In this document: one piece after another, positions 63,240 through 64,000 of the stretch
How the letters are laid out: each line of letters begins with the position of its first letter
Position numbering within the stretch: the stretch's first letter is position 1
NCBI RefSeq assembly: GCF_963921235.1
Contig: NC_086108.1
Span: 26,786,001-26,850,000, forward strand
Length of the DNA stretch: 64,000 nt
DNA from: Mobula hypostoma
Lineage: Eukaryota
Direction: 5' to 3'
Notes under the pieces: generated by a model
The model's input: the letters and a program-made list of their open reading frames with translations, nothing else
The model's database searches: none
Told to the model about the DNA's origin: nothing
Program-made: the position numbers and the translations under genes

Positions 63240-64000
63240 TCTTAGAATCATAGAAGCACACAGTGGAGATCTAGACCCACCTTGTCCATGCCAATCCTGA
63301 TGCCTGTTTATGCTCGTCCCATTTGCCTGTGCTAGACCCTTCTCTTCAACTTTTCCAGCAAAGTGAATGTCCACATACATTTTAAATGCTGTAGTGCTAT
63401 GTACCTCCACATCTTTCCAAAACAGTTCATTCTGTAGGCCTCCGTCAGTCTCGTGTGACCATGGATTTGCGCCTTTGGAAGGTTTCCAGGGCGCAGACCT
63501 GGGCAAGGTTGTATGGAAGACCAGCAGTTGCCCATGCTGCAAGTCTCCCCTCTCCACGCCACCGATGTTGTCCAAGGCAAAGGCATTAGGACCCTTACAG
63601 CTTGGCACCGGTGTCGTCGCAGAGCAATGGGTGGTTAAGTGCCTTGCTCAAGGACACACACGCAGCCTCGGCCAAGGCTCGAACTAGCGACCTTCAGATC
63701 ACTAGATGTATGCCTGAACCACTTGGCCACGTGCCAACACATAGTTCATTCTATGTAACCATTATTGTCTATGTGATAAAACCTACCCCTCAGATCTCCT
63801 TTAAATTTGTTCCCTTTCACCTTAAACTGATGCCCTCTAGTTCTGGATTCCCCTGCTGTGAGAAAAAAAGACTCTGACTGTCTATCCTGTCAATGACTCA
63901 CATAATTTTATGAGCCTTTATAAGAACATTCCACAACCTCCACATTTCACTGAGTATAAGCATAACTTATCCAATCTCTCATATAACTGCAACCACCTTT
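63240..64000 (-). mobile_element. CR1 3' region interrupted by a SINE (runs off the window)
   Basis: AGAATCATAGAA tail, ACCTCCAC..TTCATTC, CCCTTTCACCTTAAAC, CATAATTTTAT. Confidence 0.7.
63434..63742 (-). mobile_element. tRNA-derived CORE-like SINE
   Basis: Minus strand: A box TGGCCAAGTGG, B box AGTTCGAGCC, TGTCCTTGAGCAAGGCACTTAACC core-like block; TSD AGTTCATTCT (63424-63433, 63743-63752). Confidence 0.8.

Overview
This is eukaryotic, repeat-dense, AT-rich DNA with no securely identifiable host gene. The repeat spectrum (CR1, Rex1/Babar, V-SINE/HE1-like SINEs, Penelope-like tails) suggests an intron or intergenic region of a cartilaginous fish, probably a ray (inference). Nearly all recognisable ORFs are decayed transposon ORFs: CR1, Rex1/Babar, L1, RTE and HERO LINEs, a gag-less Gypsy element with both LTRs, a Chapaev3 transposase remnant, and mariner, Tc1 and hAT MITEs, often nested with visible target-site duplications (TSDs). 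The most notable signals are two self-cleaving ribozyme folds read directly from the sequence. One is an HDV-like ribozyme with an unusual L3 hairpin insertion at the apparent 5' end of an RTE-like element (28313-28495, minus strand). The other is a minimal type I hammerhead in a Penelope-like insert (11190-11227). Boundaries of old repeats are approximate, and family names come from motif recognition, not database searches.
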